Part shown: positions 50,465-62,081 of the stretch, one piece after another
Layout of the letters: each line of letters starts with the position of its first letter
Numbering within the stretch: position 1 is the first letter of the stretch
Assembly (NCBI GenBank): GCA_038841535.1
Contig: JAWBTQ010000001.1
Location: forward strand, 180,142 to 244,141
Length of the DNA: 64,000 nt
Origin: Sulfolobales archaeon
GTDB taxonomy: Archaea; Thermoproteota; Thermoprotei_A; Sulfolobales; NBVN01
Direction of reading: 5' to 3'
Notes under the pieces: model-generated
The model's database searches: none
What the model was told of the DNA's origin: nothing
Seen by the model: the letters and a program-made list of their open reading frames with translations, nothing else
Position numbers and translations under genes: made by a program

Positions 50465-53400
50465 CTACTCACCCCCAACTACCTCGTATTTATCGCCTAG
50501 AACGAGTCTCGGGTAAACCATCATGGACATTAACTCCTGGAGTAGCAACTTAAATGCGTAACTCACTTTAACTGGGTAAAGTCTTCCCTTATCCCCGTGT
50601 AGCGGGCAGACGTACTTGTTCTTCTTTCTATCAAACCACCCGATTAAACCACAATCGGAGCAAACGTACATTAGTACCTTGTCTGAGCTCTCCAGCATTC
50701 TTTCCTGAAGAAGTAAAGCTGCTCCATGGCCGATAAGGCAGTCCCTCTCCATCTCACCAAATCTAAGTCCACCTTCACGAGCTCTCCCCTCCGTCGGCTG
50801 ACGAGTAAGTAATTGAACCGGTCCTCTAGCCCTCGCGTGGATCTTGTCAGCTACCATATGGTGCAACCTCTGGTAGTAAACTATGCCGATAAATACTGGA
50901 TTAGATAGTAGCTCCCCCGTTCTCCCGTCATAAACGGGTTCAGTACCGTCCCTCGGGTACCCTCTAAGGAGCAGTCGGACCTTAAGCTCCTCCGGCTTCT
51001 CACCATGGAATGGGGTCCCATCCACGAGCCTGCCCTCCAGAGATCCGACCTTACCAGCTATAGACTCAATTAACTGCCCAACAGTCATTCTAGAGGGGAG
51101 TGCGTGTGGGTTTATTATTATATCTGGTGTTATGCCGTCGGGAGTGTATGGCATATCGTACTGCGGAAGAAGAAGCCCTACAACACCCTTTTGCCCATGT
51201 CTAGAAGCGAACTTATCCCCTATCTCCGGAACCCTTAAGTCTCTAACTCTCACTCTAACAAGCTTATTACCATCAGCAGATACCGTGATTAGAACGGAAT
51301 CTATCACACCTCTATCTCCATGTCTTAGAGTCACTGAAGTATCACGCCGTGTCGTACTAACTATCCCTAGCTCCTTGTACTCCTCCATAAACCTTGGAGG
51401 CGAAGTCTTCCCCACCAATACATTTCCAGAAAGCACCTTTGCCTCTGGGCTCACAATACCGTCATCATCCAGCAGCGAGTAGTTCTCCCGTCCTCTATAC
51501 CCTCTCACGGAGGGCTCAGGTATCTCTATCTTATCCATTTGCCCTCCAGCATACCTGAGCTCCTCTGTTATGTACTCCCTGAAGAACGTACTACGTGCTA
51601 GACCCCTATCTACAGAGGATTTATTGAGAATTACAGCGTCCTCCATGTTGTACCCGGTATAGGAGAGTATTGCGATAATGAAGTTCTGGCCGGCTGGTCT
51701 ATCATTATATCCTATTACGTCTAAGAACTTCGTCTGAACTAAGGGCTTCTGCGGGTAGTGGAGAACGTGCGCTCTACTATCAAACCTCAAGTTGTAGTTC
51801 GAGGCATAAAGTCCGAGGGCCTGTTTAGCCATAGCCGCTTGATAGGTATTTCTTGGGGACTGGTTGTGCTCGAGGAAGGGTATTGTAGCAGCCGCTACAC
51901 CAATTATCGCTGGAGGCCATAGCTCTAAGTGAGTATGCTCTGGAGTTAGGTCTTCTGGGTTTAATGCTACATACGCGTTCTCTTCTTCATCTGGGTCAAC
52001 GAACTCTATTATCCCCCTCTTGACGAGGTCTTCGAAAGTTGCCTTCCCCGATAAGTACTCATTTACTACCTCTTGAGTAAGCTTGGGTTTCCCGTTCTCT
52101 ACAACTATTAGGGGTCTGAGAGTCCTACCCTCGTCGGTGTTTATATAGATCTCGTTGAGGTACTCAGTCCTTAAGTACTTAACGTTAATCTCAGGGTGTA
52201 GCCTACCTTTTCTCCTCAAGTGCGTGAGGGCCCTTGCTAAAGACTCTGCGCTTCCCGCGTAATAACCTACTAGAGTTCCATTAAGAAAGACCTTTGCGTA
52301 TGAGCTTGCATCTTCAACAACTTCAGGGCTCTGATTAATGAGTTTCCTAAATACATCCTCGGCAGGGATAACACCGAGTTTCTTTACGATTGCTAGTACT
52401 TCCTCGAGGCTAGCACCAGCTGATATCTTCACGTAGAGAGCTAGGTTCTTGACTAAGCCACAGTTAGGTCCTTCAGGTGTTTCGAAGAGACAAATCCTAC
52501 CGAACTGAGTCCCATGTACATCACGTGCTTCAAAGTGAGGTTGCCCTCTACTCAGCGGTGACACACTCCTTCTTAAATGACTGAGAGTAGATATCCAGTT
52601 CGTTCTATCTAGCATCTGGCTTACCCCTGTTTTCCCACCCACCCAATTACCTGTCGCTAGTGCGTGCCGTATTCTCTCAGTAACAATATCGGGTCTAGCA
52701 AAAGCCTTAATATTGATGCGCCCGGACCTTATCGTTATTCTTTCCAGAGCGCTTTTCAGTTCCTCGATGTACTGCCTGAAAGCAACCCTAAATAGCTGAG
52801 CTAGTAGATCGCCAGCAAGCCTCAATCTTCTATTCCCGTAATGATCTCTATCGTCTGGCTCACGCTTCCCCAAAACTAACTCAATTAACCTGTTAATCAT
52901 CTGCCCGAGGTAAAGAGCCTTCCTCAATCTCGTAGACGCCGACGAGTCCGTTCCAATATGGGGGAATAGGTACCTGTCTAAAACCTCTTCTGCCCTCTTT
53001 CTCCTAGCTTCCGCTACTTGTCCAGCAGCAATTCTAGCGCCAATGTAGTCTAGCGCCTCTTCGCGAGACTTTATCTCCTGGACTTGCAGAAGAGAAGGTA
53101 AGAGCTCTTGTTGTACCTCAGGGTCCTGAGATACAGCATAAACTATTTCCTTATCTGTAGTTAGTCCCAAAGCCTTCATTACTATAACCACGGGAACTTT
53201 AGCTAGCAGCGGTGGGAAGTTTATTACGAGAGTTCCATCCTTGAGTCTGTCGACGATCGTCGGCACTCTAAGACCTGCTGAAACCGATATCATTTTAGCT
53301 GAGTGAGTTATATTGGCACCAGCCTCTGCTTTCTCTACGAAGACTCTGTTGGGTGCCAGGTCCTCCTGCGCTACTATAACCCTCTCAGACCCGTTTATTA

Positions 53401-53881
53401 TGAAGTAACCCCCAGGATCTCTCCAGTCCTCACCTATCTCGATAAGTTCTCTCTTACCCATCTTTGAAGTAGGATCGATCTTCGATCTCACCATCACAGG
53501 AAGCAGGCATATCGGTACTTCGTCTTCATACAAGACACTTCCGTCTCTCTTAACCACAACCTTAGCGTTAACTGGAACACTATACGTGAGGTTTCTGAGG
53601 CGTGCCATCATTGGTGTCACATCAACTACATTACCCTCGACTTCGTAAAACTTTGGTGCCCCGATGCTAACGTCTACAAACTCTATCGTTAGACCCTTGA
53701 GGGAAGGCTCTCTAGTAGGTACTTCAATTACACCAAGGTTTGTGACTATTTCCTTTAGCCCTTTATCGACGAAGTTATTGAAAGAGTCTACGTGGTGCTT
53801 TACTAGCCCTATTCTCTGAAGGAAATCCTTGTATATCTGCCATCTGACCTCCGGTACTAGGTAACTACTCTCACCTGTCAT
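50465..53881 (-). CDS. rpoB: RNA polymerase subunit Rpo2 (B), undivided
   Basis: [33 protein letters not shown]. Confidence 0.98.
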   Translation of the reverse strand: MTGESSYLVPEVRWQIYKDFLQRIGLVKHHVDSFNNFVDKGLKEIVTNLGVIEVPTREPSLKGLTIEFVDVSIGAPKFYEVEGNVVDVTPMMARLRNLTYSVPVNAKVVVKRDGSVLYEDEVPICLLPVMVRSKIDPTSKMGKRELIEIGEDWRDPGGYFIINGSERVIVAQEDLAPNRVFVEKAEAGANITHSAKMISVSAGLRVPTIVDRLKDGTLVINFPPLLAKVPVVIVMKALGLTTDKEIVYAVSQDPEVQQELLPSLLQVQEIKSREEALDYIGARIAAGQVAEARRKRAEEVLDRYLFPHIGTDSSASTRLRKALYLGQMINRLIELVLGKREPDDRDHYGNRRLRLAGDLLAQLFRVAFRQYIEELKSALERITIRSGRINIKAFARPDIVTERIRHALATGNWVGGKTGVSQMLDRTNWISTLSHLRRSVSPLSRGQPHFEARDVHGTQFGRICLFETPEGPNCGLVKNLALYVKISAGASLEEVLAIVKKLGVIPAEDVFRKLINQSPEVVEDASSYAKVFLNGTLVGYYAGSAESLARALTHLRRKGRLHPEINVKYLRTEYLNEIYINTDEGRTLRPLIVVENGKPKLTQEVVNEYLSGKATFEDLVKRGIIEFVDPDEEENAYVALNPEDLTPEHTHLELWPPAIIGVAAATIPFLEHNQSPRNTYQAAMAKQALGLYASNYNLRFDSRAHVLHYPQKPLVQTKFLDVIGYNDRPAGQNFIIAILSYTGYNMEDAVILNKSSVDRGLARSTFFREYITEELRYAGGQMDKIEIPEPSVRGYRGRENYSLLDDDGIVSPEAKVLSGNVLVGKTSPPRFMEEYKELGIVSTTRRDTSVTLRHGDRGVIDSVLITVSADGNKLVRVRVRDLRVPEIGDKFASRHGQKGVVGLLLPQYDMPYTPDGITPDIIINPHALPSRMTVGQLIESIAGKVGSLEGRLVDGTPFHGEKPEELKVRLLLRGYPRDGTEPVYDGRTGELLSNPVFIGIVYYQRLHHMVADKIHARARGPVQLLTRQPTEGRAREGGLRFGEMERDCLIGHGAALLLQERMLESSDKVLMYVCSDCGLIGWFDRKKNKYVCPLHGDKGRLYPVKVSYAFKLLLQELMSMMVYPRLVLGDKYEVVGGE

Positions 53882-53890
53882 GCCTACCCC

Positions 53891-54148
53891 CTATCCTACG
53901 ACAACGAACCTATAAGCTATAGAGGTTCCTGCTGTAGGAGATTTTCTTGTTATTCTTATGATATCGCCAGGCTTAGCATTAAGTAGTTTAGCTACCGGAT
54001 CAGATGCTCTAATCCAAGGGAGTTGCTCTGGGCGAACCCCAAGCTCTTTAAGCACTCTAATAGCCTCTTCCTTAGTTAAAAGCTCATGCTTGGGGACCAA
54101 TTCGTGCTCCAATATTTTTTCTTCAACACTTACTCTTTTACTGCTCAA
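53891..54148 (-). CDS. rpoH: RNA polymerase subunit Rpo5 (H)
   Basis: HELVPKH, QLPWI, SDPV, RKSPTAG. Confidence 0.97.
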   Translation of the reverse strand: MSSKRVSVEEKILEHELVPKHELLTKEEAIRVLKELGVRPEQLPWIRASDPVAKLLNAKPGDIIRITRKSPTAGTSIAYRFVVVG

Positions 54149-54413
54149 ACCATACCCCAGCTACTGCAGTTGTTCTTGTAGCAAATTATAAGCATTACGC
54201 TGGGGTAGTTTCAAATAAGTTAACCAGCCCAGTACATGTAGGTTAGCTAGCGCAAGCTGATAGCTCGTGGTACGATTAAGAAAAGTCCATACTACCTAAT
54301 CAACGACCGACCATGTTCTTTATTTTCACTACGACCTAAGATTGCTTTCGTTGGGGACTTAAAGCAACTAAAATAATCGACTATGACCTGAGCAAGCAGT
54401 CGAACAAAGCATG

Positions 54414-56084
54414 TCACGGCTTATGAGTTCTGAAAAGCTTGATTCCCAAAACTTCGGCTAGCTTATTTACGGAAACTTCGAATACGGTGGCAGGTGCTCT
54501 TAGTTCTAGATACTTCAAATACTTAGGATGAACCTCACCAACAACACCTAAGAGCATCCCATTAACTTCTACAGCAGCAGTTCTCTCATCTATAGTCAAC
54601 TCTGTTTCTTCGAACTTTTCAAACCGCGGTCTCAGCCCAACCGCTTCAAAGACCGTTCTAATTACTGCTAATCCATCAGTTAACGTAATACCCGGTCCGT
54701 ATATTGCCCCTGAGACTGCTCTCAGCGAATTTAGAGTTCTTGGGTCTACTATGTCCCCGATCTCAAATACTTTGAGATTCTGAAGCCCGTACTTCTTTAC
54801 GTTCTTAGATAAGCTCTTGAGAATCCCAGGTAATAGTGAAGGTCTCAGTACTGAGTACATTCTCATCTTCGGGTTTCTAACATCAATAAACTTAGTGTAA
54901 CCTAGTGCTGTGAGATAGTCTGGATCAGACAACATGAAGTTCAAAACCTCCGTGAACCCCAAGCCAACTAGCGTGTCCCGCAAGTATCTAGATATAGTTT
55001 CCAGAGGGTGTGCGATACCGCGATTAGTTGGAGGCTCTAACTTCCCAACTATCTTATTGTAGTCCATAGAGATAGCTATGTCCTCAATTATATCGTCCTC
55101 GTCGATAACGTCCACTCTGTACGGTGGAACCCAAACAGTAGCGGAGTCCTCACTAGCAGACTCAACAATGTATCCATGTCTCTCTAGGTACTTCAATACG
55201 TCCCCGAAGCTTACGTCAACTCCCACTAAGTTCACCACTCTTTCAGCTCTAACGGTCAGTCTTCTTCCCTGAAGTAATTCACTGACTAGTTCCTCTGCTA
55301 TCGCTCCCTGAACTACCGGGACTACCTCTACGCCTAAGGCTCCCCGCTCATAAGTAGCTAGGGTCATAACAGAAAGTATTGAAGCCATTAGTCGCGGCTC
55401 TGTTCCAGTGACGTCTATCAGTATGTTCTTAGTTTTTTCCGTGATCTTAGTATCTTCGGAGTTTATGATCGGTGGAAGGGAGAGGACGGTTCCACTCGAG
55501 TCTACTAGTAGCGGGTATCGACCCTCTTTAACTAGATGACCGTACTCTCTACCTTTCTCCGTCTCTACTAATATATCCCGTGCGCTCATATCTCTATCGT
55601 AGCCTAGAGGCCTAAAAACCACGGTATCGACCTCTCGGTAGTAGACCGGGAATTTAAGGACGTCCAAATCGTATAAACCTATAGAAACTAGCTCCCTGTC
55701 ACCACAGTGAGTCAGGTGTAGCTTTTCCTGCAACTGAAACAGCTGGCTAATGGCCTCATCATCGAGTTTTACACCCCGTACAACGGTCATTAAGACGTAG
55801 GGTCTATAGCTAGGTGCCTTACTGGAGTCTACAAAGACGCTGCTTTTAGATATCAGGTACTTATTTGGCTTCCTAAAACCGGCATAGTAAGATATAGCCC
55901 TCGCCAGCCCCTCGGCTGAGTAAAGGTCTAGCCTATCGTGAGCAGCGTCATAAGTGAGTGTATCACCCTCCAGTTTCTTTACTTCTAGCTTAAAGTTATC
56001 GAAGAATTTCGAGAGAATGCCCTGGTCTAAGTAAGAGCCTACTAAGCGAGCTATATCCCATAGCTTAACCGAGACTACCGGCAC
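54414..56084 (-). CDS. pheT: Phenylalanine-tRNA ligase beta subunit
   Basis: RLDLYSAEG, QEKLH, SLPPIINS, YRVDVIDEDDIIEDIA. Confidence 0.96.
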   Translation of the reverse strand: MPVVSVKLWDIARLVGSYLDQGILSKFFDNFKLEVKKLEGDTLTYDAAHDRLDLYSAEGLARAISYYAGFRKPNKYLISKSSVFVDSSKAPSYRPYVLMTVVRGVKLDDEAISQLFQLQEKLHLTHCGDRELVSIGLYDLDVLKFPVYYREVDTVVFRPLGYDRDMSARDILVETEKGREYGHLVKEGRYPLLVDSSGTVLSLPPIINSEDTKITEKTKNILIDVTGTEPRLMASILSVMTLATYERGALGVEVVPVVQGAIAEELVSELLQGRRLTVRAERVVNLVGVDVSFGDVLKYLERHGYIVESASEDSATVWVPPYRVDVIDEDDIIEDIAISMDYNKIVGKLEPPTNRGIAHPLETISRYLRDTLVGLGFTEVLNFMLSDPDYLTALGYTKFIDVRNPKMRMYSVLRPSLLPGILKSLSKNVKKYGLQNLKVFEIGDIVDPRTLNSLRAVSGAIYGPGITLTDGLAVIRTVFEAVGLRPRFEKFEETELTIDERTAAVEVNGMLLGVVGEVHPKYLKYLELRAPATVFEVSVNKLAEVLGIKLFRTHKP

Positions 56085-57585
56085 CGAGTATCACCCTGGG
56101 GAGCTCCGCTTTCTCTATCTCCCTCACATCATCGGTGTAGAGGTCCCTTATATCGCTAATTCCTAGAAGAATCATGGCCACTCTATCTACACCTATACCC
56201 CAAGCAGCCACGTTATACCCTCTAAGCCCCAGCGGCTCGAGTACTTGCCTCCTAAACATACCTCCCGGCAGTACCTCTATCCAACCAAGCTTTAGGTGTT
56301 TAACGTATCCCTCTACGCTAGGCTCTGTGAACGGGAAGTAGGCAGGCTTAAATCTAACCTCTCCCAACCCTAGACCGCGAGCAAACTCTCTAAAGAACTG
56401 AAGTAAATCCTTGAAAGATACTCTCGCTCCAACTATGATTCCATCGAGTTGGTGGAACTCCATTAAGTGTGTTGGGTCCGGCGTATCTGGTCTAAACACC
56501 CTGTCTATCGTAAACACTCTGTAGTCGCCTGGACCCCTCTCCCAGATAGTTCTAACGGATACGGAAGTACAGTGAGTCCTAAGAACTAGCCTTAATGCTC
56601 TCGACGGGTCCCACTCATACCCCCTGTACTCCTTATGGTAGCTGCCAACAGTAGAAATCAGATGCTCTAATTTAGGAAGCTCGTTTACTGCCGTGCCAAC
56701 TATGTACACGTCAGTCGGTCTTCGAGAGGGGTGGTGTTGTGGAACGAATAGGGCGTCAAAATTCCATAACTCCAGTTCAACGTGGGGTCCTTTAACTTCT
56801 TCGAACCCTAGAGATAGCATCAATTCTCTCATATAGTTTAGTACTTCAGTAAAGAAATGCTTCCTAACAATCGGGCACCTAGGCGGCTCTACAGTGAGAT
56901 CGAACGGCTTGAACTCTATAGAGTCCCAAGTCTCGAGGCTTATTATCTCAGGAGAGATTACGGTTACGATATCGCCTGGCTTCAACTCACTAGAGTAGCT
57001 AGTTAAGATATCTGTTGCCTCTACAACTATCTCCTTGTGCTCGCGAGCTAGAACCAAGCCCCTTCTTCTAACCTCGCGTATTGAATCCGGCAGCTCCGCT
57101 AGGGTTATCGGGAGAGAGTACTGCTCTAACTCTCTCTTAACGCTTTGAATATACTCTTGAACCCTTTGAACTCCAGTTACGTTTAAGTCTATTAGTCCTC
57201 CTTGTATCCTTATAGCACTGAACATCCTTAAAATCCCTAGCGCTATCTCAATTTCATCATCATCAAGACCCAGCTCTTTCAGGTTACTCACATGCAATCT
57301 CTCATTCTTAATAAGCTCTCTTAAGACAACTTCTTCAGGTAAACCATCTCTAAGGTACTTTTTACCTCTCTCGCTTATCTCAACTTTAAAGTAAGTCCTC
57401 CTAGAGATGGTGATAAGCTTGCGTCTCTCTAGTTCTGCTATGTCTCGCATTATGTCTTGCTCGCGCCTGCCGACAGCTCTAGCTATCTCAGCTACTGTAG
57501 CCCTTCTAAGGGTTAAAATAGACCTGGCGATAGCGTAAAGCCTGGGAGGCAGTCTCAACTCTCGTGAAGCATTCATTCCTCGCAT
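56065..57585 (-). CDS. pheS: Phenylalanine-tRNA ligase alpha subunit
   Basis: WNFDALF, LRTH, EFHQ, YFPFTEPS, AWGIG. Confidence 0.96.
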   Translation of the reverse strand: MRGMNASRELRLPPRLYAIARSILTLRRATVAEIARAVGRREQDIMRDIAELERRKLITISRRTYFKVEISERGKKYLRDGLPEEVVLRELIKNERLHVSNLKELGLDDDEIEIALGILRMFSAIRIQGGLIDLNVTGVQRVQEYIQSVKRELEQYSLPITLAELPDSIREVRRRGLVLAREHKEIVVEATDILTSYSSELKPGDIVTVISPEIISLETWDSIEFKPFDLTVEPPRCPIVRKHFFTEVLNYMRELMLSLGFEEVKGPHVELELWNFDALFVPQHHPSRRPTDVYIVGTAVNELPKLEHLISTVGSYHKEYRGYEWDPSRALRLVLRTHCTSVSVRTIWERGPGDYRVFTIDRVFRPDTPDPTHLMEFHQLDGIIVGARVSFKDLLQFFREFARGLGLGEVRFKPAYFPFTEPSVEGYVKHLKLGWIEVLPGGMFRRQVLEPLGLRGYNVAAWGIGVDRVAMILLGISDIRDLYTDDVREIEKAELPRVILGAGSLG

Positions 57586-57817
57586 CCTAATAAAACCTAC
57601 ACTGAGATTTTAAAGAAATCTTGGTCAATCACTCCCTTAGATAACCTCCAGTAATACGATTCCAGCGCTCCGTAGAGTTGGAATTTTTCACGTATTACAG
57701 TGGACAGGGTAGCCTCTCAATGTAACATAAGCACTAAAGCAGGAATTAGCAGACGTAGTTGTAAGAAGCTTAGTGTTAGCAATTAAAATTTAAAATCGTT
57801 TTCTAGTTTAGATGAAC

Positions 57818-58096
57818 TCACTCTCTAGTTACTCTAGTAAGTGTGCTGAGTGAGCTTATCCTCACTTTCAACCCGCTTTCCAACTTAGTTATAGTCACTT
57901 CTTGTAGTATATCACGATAACCGCAGGAAGAACACTTTAGAAGATATCGAACTATCGAACCACCGTCCGACACAGACTTTTCAGCTATTATTGCCGCCCT
58001 ACCATCACATACAGGACACTTTACTCCTCCGTCATGTCTTAGCACCATCTCTAGCACCCTTACTCGTTTCTCTACTACCAGTCGCCACCTCAACAA
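57818..58096 (-). CDS. Small zinc-ribbon hypothetical protein
   Basis: CPVC...CSSCGY pair; start uncertain. Confidence 0.72.
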   Translation of the reverse strand: MLRWRLVVEKRVRVLEMVLRHDGGVKCPVCDGRAAIIAEKSVSDGGSIVRYLLKCSSCGYRDILQEVTITKLESGLKVRISSLSTLTRVTRE

Positions 58097-58346
58097 GCGT
58101 CTAAAAGCTTATAATCTTACATCTACTACTTAGCCATGCCACTTACTTCCCAAATTTGCTTATAATGTAAGAAGCGTGAAATCTCTAATTAAGCTTGAGA
58201 TGCTTGAGGAGATGTGGGAGGTTGTAAGTGGCAGTGGTTTATGGCTTAAACCCGCTTCTCCCCCCTCCTCTATCCTGGGGAAAGCTTCAACCGTGAAGTA
58301 AGCCAGCTACAGAAGCTTAAATATTCCTTGACGTACTAGTAGAGAG

Positions 58347-58423
58347 GGGCCCGTAGCTCAGCCAGGCAGAGCGGCGGGCTTTTAACCCGTAGGTCCCGGG
58401 TTCAAATCCCGGCGGGCCCGCCA
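58347..58423 (+). tRNA. tRNA-Lys (UUU), intronless, CCA encoded
   Basis: Acceptor stem GGGCCCG/CGGGCCC, anticodon loop CUUUUAA, T-loop GTTCAAATC; TATA-like CTTAAATA upstream. Confidence 0.97.
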
Positions 58424-58729
58424 CAAGGTCTAACCCCCGTTCGGGTTTCGAAGACCATGTTAGAAGTACCTACTCGCTAATACATCAAGACTTACGAATA
58501 TTTTTGGCGCGATTAAGAACACTTAAGAAAGATGAGTGAAGACCTTAGTTAAGCCTATTAGACAAGTGTTTACTGAGGGCAGAGGCTAGGTTCGAGAGGA
58601 GCTCTTAGCAGCTTGGATTACCTCAACGTTACGTTAAATGGTTTACCTATGTTTTCCCTAGAAGCCGAGAGACAGCACTATTTCGGTTAGCTTGCCGATG
58701 CTCGTAACACTCAATCTTCAAGGAGAAAC

Positions 58730-59155
58730 TTAGGAAGGCTTATCGCAGTCTGGGTTAAATACTATTGACGCCTCATAGTGAGCCCTCTCTTCGCTATCGG
58801 CTGCGTGAACTATGTTCTCTAGTACGGAAGTTGAGAAGTCTCCCCTTATAGTCCCAGGAGGCGCTTTTCTACCATCTGTCGGCCCTATCATAGCTCTAAC
58901 TACGTCTATGGCCTCCTCTCCTTCGACTAGCAGGGCGACTACCGGACCTGAGGTCATGAACTTCACGAGTTCGTCATAGAAGCTCTTTCCTTTATGTACA
59001 TCGTATAGCCTCTCCGCACACTCACGAGTTAGCTGAAGCATTTTAAGCCTAACTATTCTAAGACCCTTTATCTCTAGTCTCCTTATTACCTCCCCCACTA
59101 AGCCTCTCTTTACTCCGTCGGGCTTAATCAGCAAGAACTCCTTTCTCTGAGTCAA
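58730..59155 (-). CDS. ndk: Nucleoside diphosphate kinase
   Basis: IKPDGV, SGP, PGTIRGDF, NIVHAADS. Confidence 0.97.
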   Translation of the reverse strand: MTQRKEFLLIKPDGVKRGLVGEVIRRLEIKGLRIVRLKMLQLTRECAERLYDVHKGKSFYDELVKFMTSGPVVALLVEGEEAIDVVRAMIGPTDGRKAPPGTIRGDFSTSVLENIVHAADSEERAHYEASIVFNPDCDKPS

Positions 59156-59161
59156 CTAGGA

Positions 59162-59344
59162 TCACTTTGTTTTCACGTAGTAGGCACTCCACGGAGTTTT
59201 CTTGGGGTCCCTACGTAGCTTGAAGTTCTTAAAGCACTTGCTAGAGCAGAAGTGGAGTATCACTCCACTCCTAAGTACGAAAGTCAGCCCAGAGCCGGGC
59301 TCTATCTGCCCACCACAGAAACTGCACGTGTATACCTTAGGCAC
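59162..59344 (-). CDS. rpl24e: 50S ribosomal protein eL24
   Basis: CSFCG, IEPGSG, FCSSKC. Confidence 0.96.
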   Translation of the reverse strand: MPKVYTCSFCGGQIEPGSGLTFVLRSGVILHFCSSKCFKNFKLRRDPKKTPWSAYYVKTK

Positions 59345-59374
59345 GCAGCATTCCCCCGTACACTGCAGAGCTCT

Positions 59375-59392
59375 GCTTTAAAGCTTTAAAGC
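59375..59392. promoter_or_regulatory. Palindromic double-TATA bidirectional promoter
   Basis: GCTTTAAAGCTTTAAAGC is a perfect 18-bp palindrome between the divergent rpl24e and rps28e. Confidence 0.65.
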
Positions 59393-59412
59393 GTGTATGC
59401 AGGATAGAGAAG

Positions 59413-59679
59413 GTGCTGGAGGTGGGTGAAGTCAGGAAAATCGATTTAACTCAACCCGATGTTAACGTGGTGGAAGAATTCGGTTTTCCAGCTGAGGTGC
59501 TTCAGATAGTAGGTAGAACTGGAGTTACTGGTGAGATAACCCAAGTCAGAGTTAGAGTTCTGGACGGAAGAGATAAGGGAAGAGTAATAACTAGGAATGT
59601 TAAAGGCCCTGTGAGAGTGGGTGACATAATAATACTTAGGGAGACTGAGAGAGAGGCTAGAAAGCTGACGGCTAAGTAG
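59413..59679 (+). CDS. rps28e: 30S ribosomal protein eS28
   Basis: [25 protein letters not shown]. Confidence 0.97.
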   Translation: MLEVGEVRKIDLTQPDVNVVEEFGFPAEVLQIVGRTGVTGEITQVRVRVLDGRDKGRVITRNVKGPVRVGDIIILRETEREARKLTAK

Positions 59680-59713
59680 CTTTCTACTATCCCTTAGGAT
59701 AGCTCTTCACGAG

Positions 59714-60271
59714 TTGGAAAATATGTTTATTGATGTTTCTGCGGCCAAGCTACCGAAGAATCTCAATTACTTGTGGGTACCCCACTTGCTAATAAAGCCA
59801 TCTTGCCGGAAGGACATGGTTTTATTGGATTGCTTCTTTTCATCTACACTGAATAAGGATGTTGTAATGGTCTTACTGTCGAGAAGTGTGAGAAGCGTGA
59901 AAGTAGAAGCGTCCGCCCCAATAGACTATCCAGTGGTTTTCTCTGGTGGATGCAACCTCCTATTTTATCACAAAGTGCTGAATACCGTTGACTCTTCTCT
60001 CAAGGCAAACACTATCGAGAACCTCGTACTAAAACCGCAAGACGCTAAGGCCAAAACTATGGTCGCAGATATTTTTAGAGCTATACTAAGACTGCTGTGC
60101 TTTCCAGACCCACCAATGGAGTCTACTCAGGTGTACGTATTACTCGGACTAAATACTCGAGAAAAGCGAGCATATGTTGCTCTAGGTAGCAGACTACTCA
60201 GATCGTCGATACTGGAGGAAGTACTTTACGGACAGCTAAACGGGCTTAGCGCCATAAAGCGGTATCTCTGA
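59714..60271 (+). CDS. Hypothetical protein
   Basis: 185-aa ORF directly downstream of rps28e; no motif recognised. Confidence 0.55.
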   Translation: MENMFIDVSAAKLPKNLNYLWVPHLLIKPSCRKDMVLLDCFFSSTLNKDVVMVLLSRSVRSVKVEASAPIDYPVVFSGGCNLLFYHKVLNTVDSSLKANTIENLVLKPQDAKAKTMVADIFRAILRLLCFPDPPMESTQVYVLLGLNTREKRAYVALGSRLLRSSILEEVLYGQLNGLSAIKRYL

Positions 60272-60364
60272 TTTTTCATTAATTTGTTAAAGAGAGCTGC
60301 TAAGTCGAGTTATATTAACACTAAAACTTGCTAACCTTGCGACTTCAAGCTATGTATAGCGGGG

Positions 60365-61228
60365 CTATCGTAGTACCTGTACAGCTGCGTATCCTACTAC
60401 CCAACTTTTTTCGCCAGTTATGTCTCCAGAGGTAAAGTACTTTAGGAGGCGGGCTCCTCCCGCGTTTAGTGCTTTAGCAAAGTAAATAAGTGCCATAGTG
60501 CTCCCCGGTCCACACATACTAATGTCTTTCTCCACAACTACCCTAAACAGTCCGTCCGGGTCTAGCTGGACTATTCTCTCGATCACGAGCTGGTCCTTTC
60601 TATGAGCTATATCGTGAGGCTCATAGTGAGTTAGGTCTGTCGAAGCTATTATGAGGATATCGTTGGGGTCTCTCTTAGACAGTTGAACAGCCGATAATAC
60701 TGACTTAGCTAAGTCTTCAGCTACTTTAGGTGTCTGATTTAGTATAGTGATCGGGACAATAGTGAAATCTTCTTTGAGTACGTACTGTAGGAACGGTAAC
60801 TGTACTTCAATAGAGTGCTCGTATTCATGTGCGGTAGTATCGAGCCTAGCAAATCTACTGCTACCAGCAATGAGTTTAGCCAGTTCTGAGTCTACTGGTA
60901 CTCTCCCCAGGGGTGTCTCCCAAAACCCCTCCGGATAAACAGACACAGAAGGTCCTACACCAGTGTGGTTGGGTCCTATAAGTACGATAGTTCTGGGTTT
61001 TTTCTCCATAGAGAGTGCGTAGTACGCATGTGCTGCTGCGGGACCACTGTACATGTAACCAGCATGGGGAACTACAAACCCAAGACTAACCCTTTCCTGA
61101 GACCCTTCACCCTTAGGAATAACCTGCGGACCTAGATTATGCAGAAAGCACCACTCGATCTGCCTTACCAGACCGGTTGGGCTACCTTCATAAAACTGTC
61201 CCGAGACCAGGGGTTTTCTAACGCTCAA
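60365..61228 (-). CDS. MEMO1 family protein (AmmeMemoRadiSam protein B)
   Basis: [41 protein letters not shown]. Confidence 0.95.
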   Translation of the reverse strand: MSVRKPLVSGQFYEGSPTGLVRQIEWCFLHNLGPQVIPKGEGSQERVSLGFVVPHAGYMYSGPAAAHAYYALSMEKKPRTIVLIGPNHTGVGPSVSVYPEGFWETPLGRVPVDSELAKLIAGSSRFARLDTTAHEYEHSIEVQLPFLQYVLKEDFTIVPITILNQTPKVAEDLAKSVLSAVQLSKRDPNDILIIASTDLTHYEPHDIAHRKDQLVIERIVQLDPDGLFRVVVEKDISMCGPGSTMALIYFAKALNAGGARLLKYFTSGDITGEKSWVVGYAAVQVLR

Positions 61229-61871
61229 CAGTTGACACCTTAGTTTCAAAAGCTTCGTAGCTTACTGGTAAGTTAGCGTCCGGCTGTAGAACACCCCTCT
61301 CTCTCAACACTTGCCTAGTAAGTATCCAGTAGATAAGCGCTAGAGATTTCCTTCCCTTATTGTTCCCAGGAATAACCAGGTCTACATTGTTTAACTTAGC
61401 GTCTGTACTTGCTATAGCGATAACGGGGATCCCGACCTTGGAAGCCTCTTCAATAGCCTGCTCATCCACTCTCGGGTCTGAGGCTATTAAGACCCCAGCG
61501 TCAATATGGATGTCTAGATATGGGTTAGTTATCGTGCCGGGAATGAACCTGCCAGTAACAAACCTAGCACCAGTAAACTCCGCAAACTTTTGGACTGGAG
61601 TAAATCCGTAAGGTCTCGAGGAGACAGCCAGCACTGAGCGAGGTTCGAATGACGAAATGAACTTAGCGGCTATCCTGAGCCTTTCATCTATTTTTCTGAT
61701 GTCTAGTATGTAAGGGCCGTCGGGTCTTGACCTGTAAACGAACTTCCTCATATACTTTGTGCAGACATACGTCCCTATGTGCACTCCAGCCTCGAGGTAA
61801 AGCTCTGAAGGAGCTAGTAACTCCGAGACCAGCTTTGGAGCCTCGTCTAGGTATCGCTTCTGTGCACTCAA
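61218..61871 (-). CDS. rps2: 30S ribosomal protein uS2
   Basis: AGVHIG, GRFIPGT, PGNNKG. Confidence 0.97.
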   Translation of the reverse strand: MSAQKRYLDEAPKLVSELLAPSELYLEAGVHIGTYVCTKYMRKFVYRSRPDGPYILDIRKIDERLRIAAKFISSFEPRSVLAVSSRPYGFTPVQKFAEFTGARFVTGRFIPGTITNPYLDIHIDAGVLIASDPRVDEQAIEEASKVGIPVIAIASTDAKLNNVDLVIPGNNKGRKSLALIYWILTRQVLRERGVLQPDANLPVSYEAFETKVSTVER

Positions 61872-61874
61872 GTC

Positions 61875-62075
61875 TTACACCTTTCTCCCATATACAACGA
61901 TCTCGTTTATTAAATCTACATGCGATAGAAACATTCTCCTACAACAATACCTTTTCAACCCCAGCTCATCGAGTACTTTCCCCGGGTCTTCACCGCTTGC
62001 CACTCTCCTAGCGTACTCATCCCATAGGTGCCCAATGATCCTGCCGCAAGTAAAACATCTTACTGGAACTATCAC
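61875..62075 (-). CDS. rpoN: RNA polymerase subunit Rpo10 (N)
   Basis: [15 protein letters not shown]. Confidence 0.97.
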   Translation of the reverse strand: MIVPVRCFTCGRIIGHLWDEYARRVASGEDPGKVLDELGLKRYCCRRMFLSHVDLINEIVVYGRKV

Positions 62076-62081
62076 GGCAAC

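Noticed and set aside
32271-53881. Inteins in RtcB or RNA polymerase subunits
   Set aside because: Lengths are normal and there are no splice-junction or LAGLIDADG motifs.
58377-58384. tRNA-Lys anticodon loop as target of the sRNA D' guide (TAAAAGCC)
   Set aside because: The pairing uses a box C base and does not cover the +5 position.
58424-58730. Integrated element at tRNA-Lys
   Set aside because: No integrase and no duplicated tRNA 3' end in the window.
4550-62011. Many antisense ORFs in the track (e.g. 10806-11441, 39495-40193, 46424-47200)
   Set aside because: They are shadows of well-supported genes on the opposite strand, Ser/Thr/Leu-rich and without motifs.
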